Shown one piece after another: positions 1 through 11,400 of a stretch of DNA of 64,000 nucleotides. Source of the stretch: Somniosus microcephalus (lineage: Eukaryota); NCBI GenBank assembly GCA_052327205.1, contig CM126220.1, positions 24,986,001 through 25,050,000 of the forward strand, in the 5' to 3' direction. The notes beneath the pieces are model-generated. The model had not been told where the DNA came from, searched no databases, and saw only the letters and a list, made by a program, of their open reading frames with translations. A program made the translations under genes and the position numbers. Position 1 is the first letter of the stretch. Each line of letters opens with the position of its first letter.

Positions 1-1253
1 GAGAGAGAGCGAGTGGGGGGAAGAGAGAGAGCGAGTGGGGGGGAAGAGAGAGAGCGAGTGGGGGGGAAGAGAGAGAGCGAGTGGGGGGGAAGAGAGAGAG
101 CGAGTGGGGGGGAAGAGAGAGAGCGAGTGGGGGGGAAGAGAGAGAGCGAGTGGGGGGGAAGAGAGAGAGCGAGTGGGGGGGGAAGAGAGAGAGCGAGTGG
201 GGGGGAAGAGAGAGAGCGAGTGGGGGGGAAGAGAGAGAGCGAGTGGGGGGGAAGAGAGAGAGCGAGTGGGGGGGAAGAGAGAGAGCGAGTGGGGGGGAAG
301 AGAGAGAGCGAGTGGGGGGGAAGAGAGAGAGCGAGTGGGGGGGAAGAGAGAGAGCGAGTGGGGGGAAGAGAGAGAGCGAGTGGGGGGGAAGAGAGAGAGC
401 GAGTGGGGGGGAAGAGAGAGAGCGAGTGGGGGGGAAGAGAGAGAGCGAGTGGGGGGGAAGAGAGAGAGCGAGTGGGGGGGAAGAGAGAGAGCGAGTGGGG
501 GGGAAGAGAGAGAGCGAGTGGGGGGGAAGAGAGAGAGCGAGTGGGGGGGAAGAGAGAGAGCGAGTGGGGGGGAAGAGAGAGAGCGAGTGGGGGGGAAGAG
601 AGAGAGCGAGTGGGGGGGAAGAGAGAGAGCGAGTGGGGGGGAAGAGAGAGAGCGAGTGGGGGGGAAGAGAGAGAGCGAGTGGGGGGGAAGAGAGAGAGCG
701 AGTGGGGGGGAAGAGAGAGAGCGAGTGGGGGGGAAGAGAGAGAGCGAGTGGGGGGGAAGAGAGAGAGCGAGTGGGGGGGAAGAGAGAGAGCGAGTGGGGG
801 GGAAGAGAGAGAGCGAGTGGGGGGGAAGAGAGAGAGCGAGTGGGGGGGAAGAGAGAGAGCGAGTGGGGGGGAAGAGAGAGAGCGAGTGGGGGGGAAGAGA
901 GAGAGCGAGTGGGGGGGAAGAGAGAGAGCGAGTGGGGGGGAAGAGAGAGAGCGAGTGGGGGGGAAGAGAGAGAGCGAGTGGGGGGGAAGAGAGAGAGCGA
1001 GTGGGGGGGAAGAGAGAGAGCGAGTGGGGGGGAAGAGAGAGAGCGAGTGGGGGGGAAGAGAGAGAGCGAGTGGGGGGAAGAGAGAGAGCGAGTGGGGGGG
1101 AAGAGAGAGAGCGAGTGGGGGGGAAGAGAGAGAGCGAGTGGGGGGGAAGAGAGAGAGCGAGTGGGGGGGAAGAGAGAGAGCGAGTGGGGGGGAAGAGAGA
1201 GAGCGAGTGGGGGGGAAGAGAGAGAGCGAGTGGGGGGGAAGAGAGAGAGAGCG
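1..1253. repeat. 23-bp minisatellite (GAGAGAGAGCGAGTGGGGGGGAA)n, about 54 copies, runs into gap
   Basis: Near-perfect tandem units; only the G-run length varies (6-8). Confidence 0.97.
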
Positions 1254-1753
1254 NNNNNNNNNNNNNNNNNNNNNNNNNNNNNNNNNNNNNNNNNNNNNNN
1301 NNNNNNNNNNNNNNNNNNNNNNNNNNNNNNNNNNNNNNNNNNNNNNNNNNNNNNNNNNNNNNNNNNNNNNNNNNNNNNNNNNNNNNNNNNNNNNNNNNNN
1401 NNNNNNNNNNNNNNNNNNNNNNNNNNNNNNNNNNNNNNNNNNNNNNNNNNNNNNNNNNNNNNNNNNNNNNNNNNNNNNNNNNNNNNNNNNNNNNNNNNNN
1501 NNNNNNNNNNNNNNNNNNNNNNNNNNNNNNNNNNNNNNNNNNNNNNNNNNNNNNNNNNNNNNNNNNNNNNNNNNNNNNNNNNNNNNNNNNNNNNNNNNNN
1601 NNNNNNNNNNNNNNNNNNNNNNNNNNNNNNNNNNNNNNNNNNNNNNNNNNNNNNNNNNNNNNNNNNNNNNNNNNNNNNNNNNNNNNNNNNNNNNNNNNNN
1701 NNNNNNNNNNNNNNNNNNNNNNNNNNNNNNNNNNNNNNNNNNNNNNNNNNNNN
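1254..1753. other. Assembly gap (500 N)
   Basis: Run of N. Confidence 1.
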
Positions 1754-1909
1754 GTTTAAAAAAAAAAGCCAGAGCGGGCTCTCGCGGGCGGGCGGCGCAT
1801 GCGCGGTTAGTGCCAGCGGCGTGAGGCGGCCCGCGGGGAGTAGGCAGGGAAACCCCGCGGGCTGGCGGCCGTTAGAGCGGCTCACTTCGGGCCCCGACAC
1901 CGTCAAACC

Positions 1910-1972
1910 TGAGAGGGGGAAGTAGAGAGAGACAGAGAGGGAAGAGGAGAAGGAGAGAGAGGGAAGAGGAGA

Positions 1973-2034
<62 letters not shown>

Positions 2035-2037
2035 AGA
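1910..2037. repeat. (GA)n / purine-rich microsatellite
   Basis: Direct reading. Confidence 0.9.
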
Positions 2038-2109
2038 ATTTTTGGAGCTTCAAGCCTGCCTGCAGCGGGCCTGGAGACCAGCACCGAGTCCCCCCTGCGC
2101 GAGGGTGAG

Positions 2110-2634
2110 GAGGAGGAGAGGGTTGCTAAACACAATATAAAACTGAAATAAATTGTTATTTAATTCCCTAACACATCATTAAAATATTTACCTTAGTTCC
2201 CTAACACACAGAAAGTGTGGGGGAAAAAAAATCGTGGAAAATCAAGATGGCGGCCACTCACCTCGGTTCAGAAGGATAAGGCCCGCCCACACACGCACCG
2301 ATTGGTCGACCGGTCAGGTCACCGAAGCGTAGGATTGGTCAATCGTCGAGTCACTCGACACTCAACTGTCGGACGGCACGCGCCAGGAACCCGCCGTCCG
2401 ATTGGTCGACCTCGACGTCACACAGTCGCTAATGAGCGGAACACTGAACGTTTTTCGGATACCGCGGGCGGGATTTTTGTCCGGCCGAAACGTAAATATG
2501 CCTATGACCGGTCCGGAATCGCAAGCTTTCTTTTGAGTCGACGCGCACGTCGGTACGCTCTGTAACTTTCAAACGTATAGAGAACGGACAGACAGACATC
2601 GGGACAGACAGAAGAGCCGCTTTATATATATAGA
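2110..2634 (-). mobile_element. Non-autonomous Helitron, 5' portion (3' end not seen)
   Basis: Starts A|TCTATATATATAAAG with a (TCTG)n tract; homologous to the 5' third of the copies at 20336 and 22398; left boundary uncertain. Confidence 0.7.
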
Positions 2635-2806
2635 TAATGGTAGCCACTAATGATTAGCAATCCATAACAAATCCAACATTTTTCCAGATTCCTATTCTGC
2701 AAATATAAACCCAATTCACCTCAAGTTTCGTTACATTCAAGCTCTAGATATGCAAAGCCAACCTAAGCCTCATTCAATCGAATAAAGTAACATAAATAAT
2801 TACAAA

Positions 2807-3751
2807 GTAACAGAAAACGCTGGAAAAACTCAGGCCAGGCAACATCCGTGGAGAGAGAAACAGAGTTAACGTTTCAGGTCGAAGACCCTTCTTCAGAACT
2901 GAGAAAAAAGCAGGAAATGAAACAGATTAAAAGGCCAGTTTGGGGGCTGGAAAATGGGGGAGGGGATGAAAGAACAAAAGGGAAGGTCTGAGAGGTGAAG
3001 AGACATTAAGAGGTATACAAGGCGAGACGAGATGGTAATAGGACAGGTAAAGAGGCAAAAGATGGCTCTAGATGAAGTGTGAAATGCGCTGGCAGGATGA
3101 GAGACAGCTGCCATGTGGGAGAGAAAACAGTTCGTAAGGATGACCCCGAGCTTCCGGTCGCTTGTCATTTCAATTGACCGCTCCATTCCCACTCAGACCT
3201 CACCGTCCGCGGCCTCTTGCATTGTTCCACGGAAGCTCAGCGTAAGCTCGAGGAACAGCACCTCATCTTCCGATTAGGCACTTTACAGCCTTCCGGACTC
3301 GATATCGAGTTCAACAATTTCAGATCATAACCTCGGCCCCTATCATATTGTTATATTTTTTATCCACACCTTTGGTTTGTGCCTTTTCCTTTCTCTCTCA
3401 CGTGGCAGCTGTTTCTCATTCTGCCAGCGCATTTCACACTTCATCTAGAGCCATCTTTTGCCTCTTTACCTGTCCTATTACCATCTCGTCTCGCCTTGTA
3501 TATCTCTTAATGTCTCTTCACCTCTCAGACCTTCTTTTTTGTTCTTTCATCCCCTCCCCCATTTCCCAGCCCCCAAACTGGCCTTTTAATCGGTTTCATT
3601 TCCTGCTTTTTTTCCTCAGTTCTGAAGAAGGATTTCGACCTGAAACGTTAACTCTGTTTCTCTCTCCACGGATGTTGCCTGGCCTGCTGAGTGTTTCCAG
3701 CGATTTCTGTTGTTATTTCGGATTTCCAGCATCCGCAGTATTTTGCTATCC
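2807..3751 (+). mobile_element. Penelope-like retroelement, 5'-truncated, with inverted pseudo-LTR
   Basis: GIY-YIG C-terminal remnant ([10 protein letters not shown]...QPSGLDIEFNNF) at about 3130-3330; 2807-3125 is an inverted copy of about 3392-3712; 14-bp TSD TAAATAAT(T/A)ACAAA at 2793-2806 and 3752-3765. Confidence 0.85.
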
Positions 3752-4149
3752 TAAATAATAACAAACTCATTATTGACAAAGCTCTGGATAGTTGGATTTA
3801 AATAATAAAATTGTGTCCGATAATGGCTTAAACACTACAGTATAAACCACAAATTTAATAAGCATTTACAGATGTCACGACCCAGGTTAATTTGTAACTT
3901 CAACTGGTACTTTAAACCTGGTTAATGGCCTCAATTAAGAAAAACAATACAATTGAGATTTAAAACTGAAATTACACTGCCAGCTGTTAGCAGCTAATAT
4001 GATGCAAAAGACTGAGTGTTTCACAGCAGGGTGCAAGGGAATGACTTGAATTCTAAAGCGAGAATTTAGAGCCTGCTTTAAATTATAATCCCACATCCTC
4101 CTTCACACTTTTTTAAACCAAAGTCTGAATGGTAAACCCCTAACCTTAC

Positions 4150-5432
4150 CTCAACTATGGCGTAACCTTTGATGGGTCGGGACACAAGTGGATTGTTGTC
4201 CAGTGATGTCACTGTGTACATAGATCCCACATCGGAGATAGAAGCCGAGTCTGCGCTGTCCATGGGTTCTCCTAGACTACCAAGACTGCCCAAGCTCCCA
4301 GTGCTGCACAGGGATAGGTCCAGGCTCTCCTGACTAGATACTGTGTGTGGATCAATCATTCCCTGTGGTGTAGCTATGTCATGACTTGCTTGAAACTGGT
4401 CTACTGAAAGGTCACTTGTTGTCCGTGAAACACACTGCGAGCTGCAAATCGAGGTCTGGCTGGTAGAGGCAGAGGCGCTCATACTCATAGCGGGTGTCAC
4501 ACTGCTGCCACTGCTTGCATCCATACTGTCGACTGCTGTTGACTTATCCAGTTCCAACTTGCTATCGGATTTCACCTTCAATCTCTTGGGGTCATCGTCT
4601 TGCAGTGGTATGTAAATCTCGTCTTTGAAGACGCCACCATGTGCACTGCACGCCCTGCGAAGGGCACTTCGGACAACGCATTCCTCAAGATGGGTTGGTA
4701 TTCCTGAGATCACCAGCAACCTGCTGTGGGAGGTGGAGCCTACCAAAGCCTGGCAGGCATCTGAGATGGCATCATTAGTCACCCCGAGACCCTGAGGGTC
4801 CTTGTTGGTCAGGTGACGGAGGATCATGAGCAACGTCAAGGCTCTGTGGAACCACAGCATGTCCTCTGGTTTACTTCCACCAATATTCAGGATTGACGTG
4901 TCACTCTCACTACCCCGTGAGGGGAGTCGCTTTCCTGTTGCTGATGTCTTCTCCCGTTTCATTTTGACCTTTTTCCGCTTGGAGAGTAGGCTTGGGCTCT
5001 GCGGTGTCTGCCCTGGTGACGAGGAAGAGGAGGAAGAGGAATCGCTGAGGCTCGGTGCGCTTGTGGATGTCATCACATTTACCACTGTGCTCATATTGAT
5101 GGGCAGTGTTACCTCTGCAACTGCAAGACAAATCTCCATCAAAGCATGAAAGTAGGTGGAGAAGCGGCCCTGGTCAGTCACTCCAATTCCAATACCAGAG
5201 CTGTTCCCAGTCACCCAGTTTTGTGTTTCTTCATCATATAGTTTACGGAGCTCAGTTTGTACTGCCATCAGAACGGCCAGGCATGGGTTTAACTGAATGG
5301 CAATGGATGAAGACAGGCCAGATGGATTCTTCTTCTGTTCCAGCTGATGGATTTTGCGCAGCAGTTCAGCTAGTAAGTGGAATATCATCTCCTTTATGCT
5401 GGGGGACAGGTCTGTTGTCCACAAGAGGTTGG
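4150..5432 (-). CDS. HECTD4: HECTD4 large exon ([14 protein letters not shown]...[10 protein letters not shown])
   Basis: catag / gtaagg, 1283 nt, phase 1->0; corresponds to ORF 4078..5424. Confidence 0.95.
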
Positions 5433-8400
5433 CTATGAATTGGGGAGGTAATCAAATGCAGAAAAAAAGGCATTAAAGTACATTCCAGTTAATAGCGACA
5501 TTTGCTGAAGGGAGACCCACATACTTCTTATAAATTGCACACGAGGGAGGGGGAGAAAAATAACAAATCAGCTAGGGTTGGTGCTCCTGACCACTACCCA
5601 GTGAAACCAGCTGAAATATGCACAGGTGGATATGGGACAAGAAGATCAGGCTCAGCTGGGATCCTCCCATGATAGATTAGCTTGCCTCGTCTGGGGTTAT
5701 ACATGATCAAAGGTCTCGGAGCCCATGGAATCATACAAGATTTGGTATCTTCAGGAGAACACATTTGGGGGGTGGATCTTAAGTTGCAAAGCATTCAGTT
5801 ACACCGCAAGGTATCAGCGACTAGTAATAGCACGCCAATCAGATCTTGCAATTCCTGTGCGCCACATGACATTGACAAGTTGCCATTTCTTCTGGGCATC
5901 GACATCGGATCTATTCACTTTAGTCTGGGACTCTGGATGTCATTAAATACATAAAACATTTACATTTTACTAATAAAGCACGTACAAGGTACACACACCC
6001 CAAACCAGTTACTGGCAACTCGCCTTACCAAACAGCTCAACGACCTGCAGGAGAACTGATGCAGGAATGGCATCAAGTTCATCCTCGGATTTCCCGTCAC
6101 TTTCTCCCAATTTCCATGTTAGCAACTGTTCAGCAAATGCCATTGCCAGAGGAAATTCCAGAGGCAACGAGTTCAACACCAGCACTGCACCAGGTGGCGG
6201 GGAGACACCTGGGAAGAGGAAATTCAAAACCAAATTAAATAATTAGCCTGAGGAAACCACATAGGAAGCAAGCTCAAAAACAAAGAGCCAGACTCAGAAT
6301 AACTGGAGGACAGATCTGTATAGGAGAATGATTGTCTCAAGAAATCTTACGAGTTGACAATATTAGTGGTTTACTGCCAAAGCCAATTGAGAAAGCACCA
6401 CATGGTGTACCTTTAAGCTGGACAGACCAGATACTCAGGTTTGATTCCTAAACTAAGTTACGCTGATCACAGTTAGAGTGCCACAATTGACTTCGACACC
6501 TTTTGGGCTAGAATGTGGGAAAAACTAAGAGTTCCTGTTCCTCTTGGCCTGTGGATATTCTTCGAAGTTGACAATGGTCACATGGGCGAAACTAGGGAGC
6601 GCTGTCAGCATCAGTGGAACATTGCCTGCAACTCAACACTTTCCAGGAGAGGAGGGGAACAATTTTATTTTTTAAATTGCCAATTGAGGAACATTGTTCT
6701 TTAGAGATAGAGATTAAATCTTATTAATATTTTTAAAAAACTTAATGATTCATTCTAACACTCAATTAGTTTACATGTATTGGAGATCATGTTTACAGAG
6801 CTATTCTGTTAGGGAATATAATATTTTAATAACATAGATTTTAATATGATTTCGCTTAAAAACTGAGAACAATGAAAGTGCTGATCGAAGCTTAATACTG
6901 AAAGTGCTGATTTAGCTTAAACGGAGAAGGAATGATTGATGTACCAGAGACCCAACCATAGCTCTGCATGCATGCTGCTGAGCCAATGGTAATAAAGGGG
7001 GCGGGTACATCTGCTGTATAAAAACCAGCCATTTTGAATATGATGTTAGTCGGATAAAGGAAGTCAAACAGTGTAAATCAAGTGATGCAATAAATCGACT
7101 ATTTAAAACTTACCACCGGACTCGCAAACTTTAATTGTAGTGTGTTGACCTCAGATTAGTGTGGTCCACTGAAATTAGACAAATCTTAGACATACCTAAT
7201 TTGACATGCAGCTTGTCAGTGGGGATGACAACGGAGGGGTACTGGTTTGTGGTGGGGGGTGGAGTCAACCCAGTGTTGGTGGGCGATGCATCTTTCGGAT
7301 AACACACGGTTTCGGTAAGGTTGAGTTGTCCATTTCTCCGCACCTTGTGACCCAGTCCATATACCAGCACTCTAACCCAAGGAGCCTTATACAGAGAGGA
7401 ACTAAACAATAATAAAAAAGAATAAAAGGATTAAAATTTACAACTGTACATTTTAGTTACATTCATCAAGTTCACTGGGTAGAGTATAGCCCTCAGTCTT
7501 CAAATAGCTGTCCTCCATATATTACTGGTAAAGTTCCATAACCTGCAAAACTTCAGTGAACTTTTTAAGGTGTCTGCTCACTAAAAGCATAATGCTCCAG
7601 GCCCTTACTTCCAGCAGTGAACACTGTGTAGTTGGTGGGTCAAATACTGGTGAATTTTCTCATTCCCTTAAAGTGAAGGCAATTTGCTGTTTCCTGCAGC
7701 CAAGCTTAAATCTCTAACCACTTGTTAACAACTATAAAAGGGCTGACGTAATTGAGATGTTCACTGGCTTGCTTGGATGTGGTAGTCTTGGCCCTTTTTA
7801 CATAAATGTAAGAGAGTTCAATCTGTCAGAAATTACTGGCAGCTAGGGAGCAAGTGTTGGAACAACAATTTTTTTTGGTCTGGCAACAGAAAAATGTTGG
7901 CACAATAACCAAAATGATGGTGAGATTAAGCAACAATTAGATCAATCACATTGACAAAGTAAAGTTCAAATTAAGGCCAGAGGTTGGTGAAGGTCTCTCC
8001 AAAAATCAGGACTGGACGGTGGCATGTGATACAAACATGTTCTTCAATTTCTGGAGCTGCAATCCAATCCAGCCCAGATTTAGATGACAGCCATATAGAC
8101 CAGGTCATAAATTCTTTACATAGGATAACTATTTTCTTTTTCCGCTCGAGAATGATTATAATTGTTTCATCTGCTCCAGCAAAGAAGCTGCACTTATTTA
8201 TGTTGTGCAACTTCCTAGATAATTAAAATTCAACAATTGCAGGAAATGCCAAATGCACCAGCGGGATTGAGGGGTCAACTGTACAACTTTAAACATTGAA
8301 ACCTCCTCTCAATGCTCATTTCATTCAGTATGTTTCAAATCGTGCTTACTCTTTCCGAAATCCTGCAGGACTTTCTTTGCACGACACCATTACAAAGGCA

Positions 8401-11400
8401 GCCCCTGGAAAATGCACATCCATGCTCACTTTTGACTCGGTCACTGGGAACTCTTCAGATGGAAACTGTTCCGGTGAATGCTGCAATGCAACAGCATAAA
8501 CGTCAGTTTGATCGGTCATAAAAAGGCAGCGCCGTCACTGGGGTTAGTAGAGCGTAATTTTAAAACCCTTCTTTAAAACCACAAATCACAGCAACATTAA
8601 ATGATAAAATATAAACACACTATTGCTAAAATACTGCAGTGACAGATACAGACATACAAAGTACAGAATATGATTAATTGTTCAGTAGCTATTTACTCAT
8701 CCCTTAGATCTATGAAAAAAGATATTTACAGAAAACACAATAAAATGAGAAAGGGAATTCCACATTGCCACAGATTGAATAAGAGATGAATAGGTATCTG
8801 TCCTCAGCCTCCTACGCTGTTCCAATGAAGCTCAACGGAGGCTTGAGGAACAGCACCTCATCTTTCGATTAAGCACTTTACAGCCTTTCGGACTCAACAT
8901 TGAGTTCAACAATTTCAGATCATAACCACTGCTCCCATTTTTTTGGACAGCAGCTGTTGGTAATGATTCTGTGATTGCCATTTACACCTCCTCTAGACCC
9001 ATCTTGTTTCTTTACTTGTCCCATTACCATCCCCTTTTGCCTCGCACCATCACCTGTTTTGTCATTTAATCTCTCCTGCCTTCCACCCGATCACAGACCT
9101 TCCCTTTTGTTCTTTCCTCCCCTTTCCCTGCCTCTGTACTTGCTTAAAACCTGTTACATCTCTAACCTATTCCAGTTCTGATGAAAGGTCACCAAACTGA
9201 AACATTAACTTTGTTTATCTCTCCACAGGAGCTGCTGAGTATTTCCAGCATCTGCAGTATTTTGCCTTTGTAGAGATGAATAGGTTGTTGACTCTCAAAC
9301 AATTTCTGAAACTGAAGTTGGTGCTCTTGCTGTGCAGCTTCAGGAGGTGGTATTGGAACGCGGTCTATTATATTGGTGCTAGCATTCTGGCAGAATGTTA
9401 ATACTTGAACCAGCTTGGTTAGAGTTGAGATGGGCAACAGTTGGCTTATGTTTTCGCACTATGTTTACTTCAACTCTGAGAAACATCGAGCAATACAATT
9501 ATAGATTATGCACTTGGGTTGTGATTGGAGTGTGCAACTTGGCTCAATAACGCTAAGAGTGAATTTGAATAGTAGCGGTGGTCTTAAATGCATCACACCA
9601 ACATTAATGCATAATCACACAAGTTTGACTTGTCCTGCAAAGTTTTTGGGTATTACGTTGGTTCCAAAATGAGACATTACTTGAAAGGAAGAAAGTGTTT
9701 TTTTTTTAAACTGCTCCTGATTTTAACACAAGGAAGCTCTGTAAACAAGTTGGCTAAGCATGCTAAAGCTCTATGTGCTTTGCCAGAACTTGAAGCTCAC
9801 AAGATCAGTTCCTGGCCTCAGCTGTAGCCATCAGGGGAAAAAAAGCAACATGCTTCTCTAAGGGGATGAATAAAAGAAAAAAACTCACAAATCAGCATCC
9901 CTACACGTTTCCCCACAGCTCAAGGGTGGCTGGTTGCACACCACAGAGGCCTCAAGAGATTGCACACTTGCCTGTCTTGCAACAACTAGATGTGTAGCAT
10001 AGGGAGGCTGAAAGGTGGGGAAATATAAATATCTATCCTAAACAAGAAAAACACAACACTCCAGATTAGGGCATAGTGTTCTCAGTTTCAAAACATTTTA
10101 CTTCACAGACTATGCAAAATAGGGATTTTTTAAATAGTCTGAAGATTTACAAAAAATTAAGTTCCCCAAGAGATATTATCTCCAGGATTACATAAGCACC
10201 TAGCCAGCAAATGGAGAAGATGTTGCCAGTCAAACTAGTTAACTGTCTGGTCAAGTTTCCTCTCACAAGCAAGTGAGTTGGCCACCACTTGGTGTTGAGC
10301 CTGACAACTCAGATTAACACTGGAACACATTGCCTCGGTGAAGCCAAGTATGGCCAAGATTCCAAGTCAGATCTCCATTTCAATTCTGGATTCTTCTAAA
10401 TATTTTACATTTTTTTAGATATTCTATTCATTTAAACTTCCCTTCTTCAAGTGTCCCTCAGCCAAAAGATACACTGGCCTAGAGGGTAGCCAGGCAATTT
10501 ACAATGATGCTGCTTCTGCTAGGATTTGGTGTGCAAGAGCAGCCAGAGATAACTTTCCCTCTGACTTTCCAACCCACAGTGATGGGGACTTGATGCTTGA
10601 CCATCTGGTCATAAAGCTTTGGCACAGATGTTTATTCTGTATTGTTCTCAGCTCATAGAAGTCTGCAGCCAAATATGGTCTGTATTTATAGCACCTACCC
10701 TATTCTCCAGGTAAGTTAAACTGCTGGTGGGTTATTCTCATTCCTCTGCCAACTTCGCTGTGGATTCATCTCACTCCTGGTGTGGGAAATGCTTGAGCCT
10801 AGGATCCATCTCTTTCCTCCTGCTAGCAGCATGCAGAAATCAGGTTCTGAAGAAGGGTGCACACTCAACACGTCAGCCTGTCTTTTCTCTTTACAGATGC
10901 TGACATCTGCTATGTATTTCCAGCATTCTATCCTGGGAAATCATTGGGGTTGAGCGTTTTATACGTTACTACCCTATTATTTCAATACATTCCTCTGGTA
11001 CTGGAGATAATATCTTTCAAATATTCCACCTCTTGAGTGAAGCCTACCACAGAACAAGACAACCTGCATACTGTTGAGTGAACTTTGAGAAAGTCTCTTC
11101 ATTGTGGTACTGCACTGTCTTGAAACAGAGATTCCTTTTACCATTTCCTATCCCACTCATTTTTTCCCTCCAAATTTCAAAACTGTGGAAATCCTTCCTC
11201 CATGCTCGTTTCTCCTACAATCTCCAGGCTTTTAAAACCCATGCTTGGCACTGTCTATCCACTATTTCTAGATGTCTCTCTTCAATCTGGATGGTGTTAT
11301 GCACAATAGCTCTTGGTCCAACCAAGTTTCTCAATAATAGAAAAAGAAAATCAAAAGAAGGAATCTTGGCTCATTCACTGAAGGCAACTTATAAAGACAT

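Noticed and set aside
1-1253. CRISPR-like array
   Set aside because: Head-to-tail repeats with no unique spacers, in eukaryotic context.
13-1925. Three 570-610 aa ORFs (GGRERASGGEERERV...)
   Set aside because: Artefacts of a stop-free 23-bp tandem repeat read through a 500-N gap.
4826-5438. Plus-strand ORFs overlapping the large exon
   Set aside because: Antisense shadows of the HECTD4 coding exon with no independent support.
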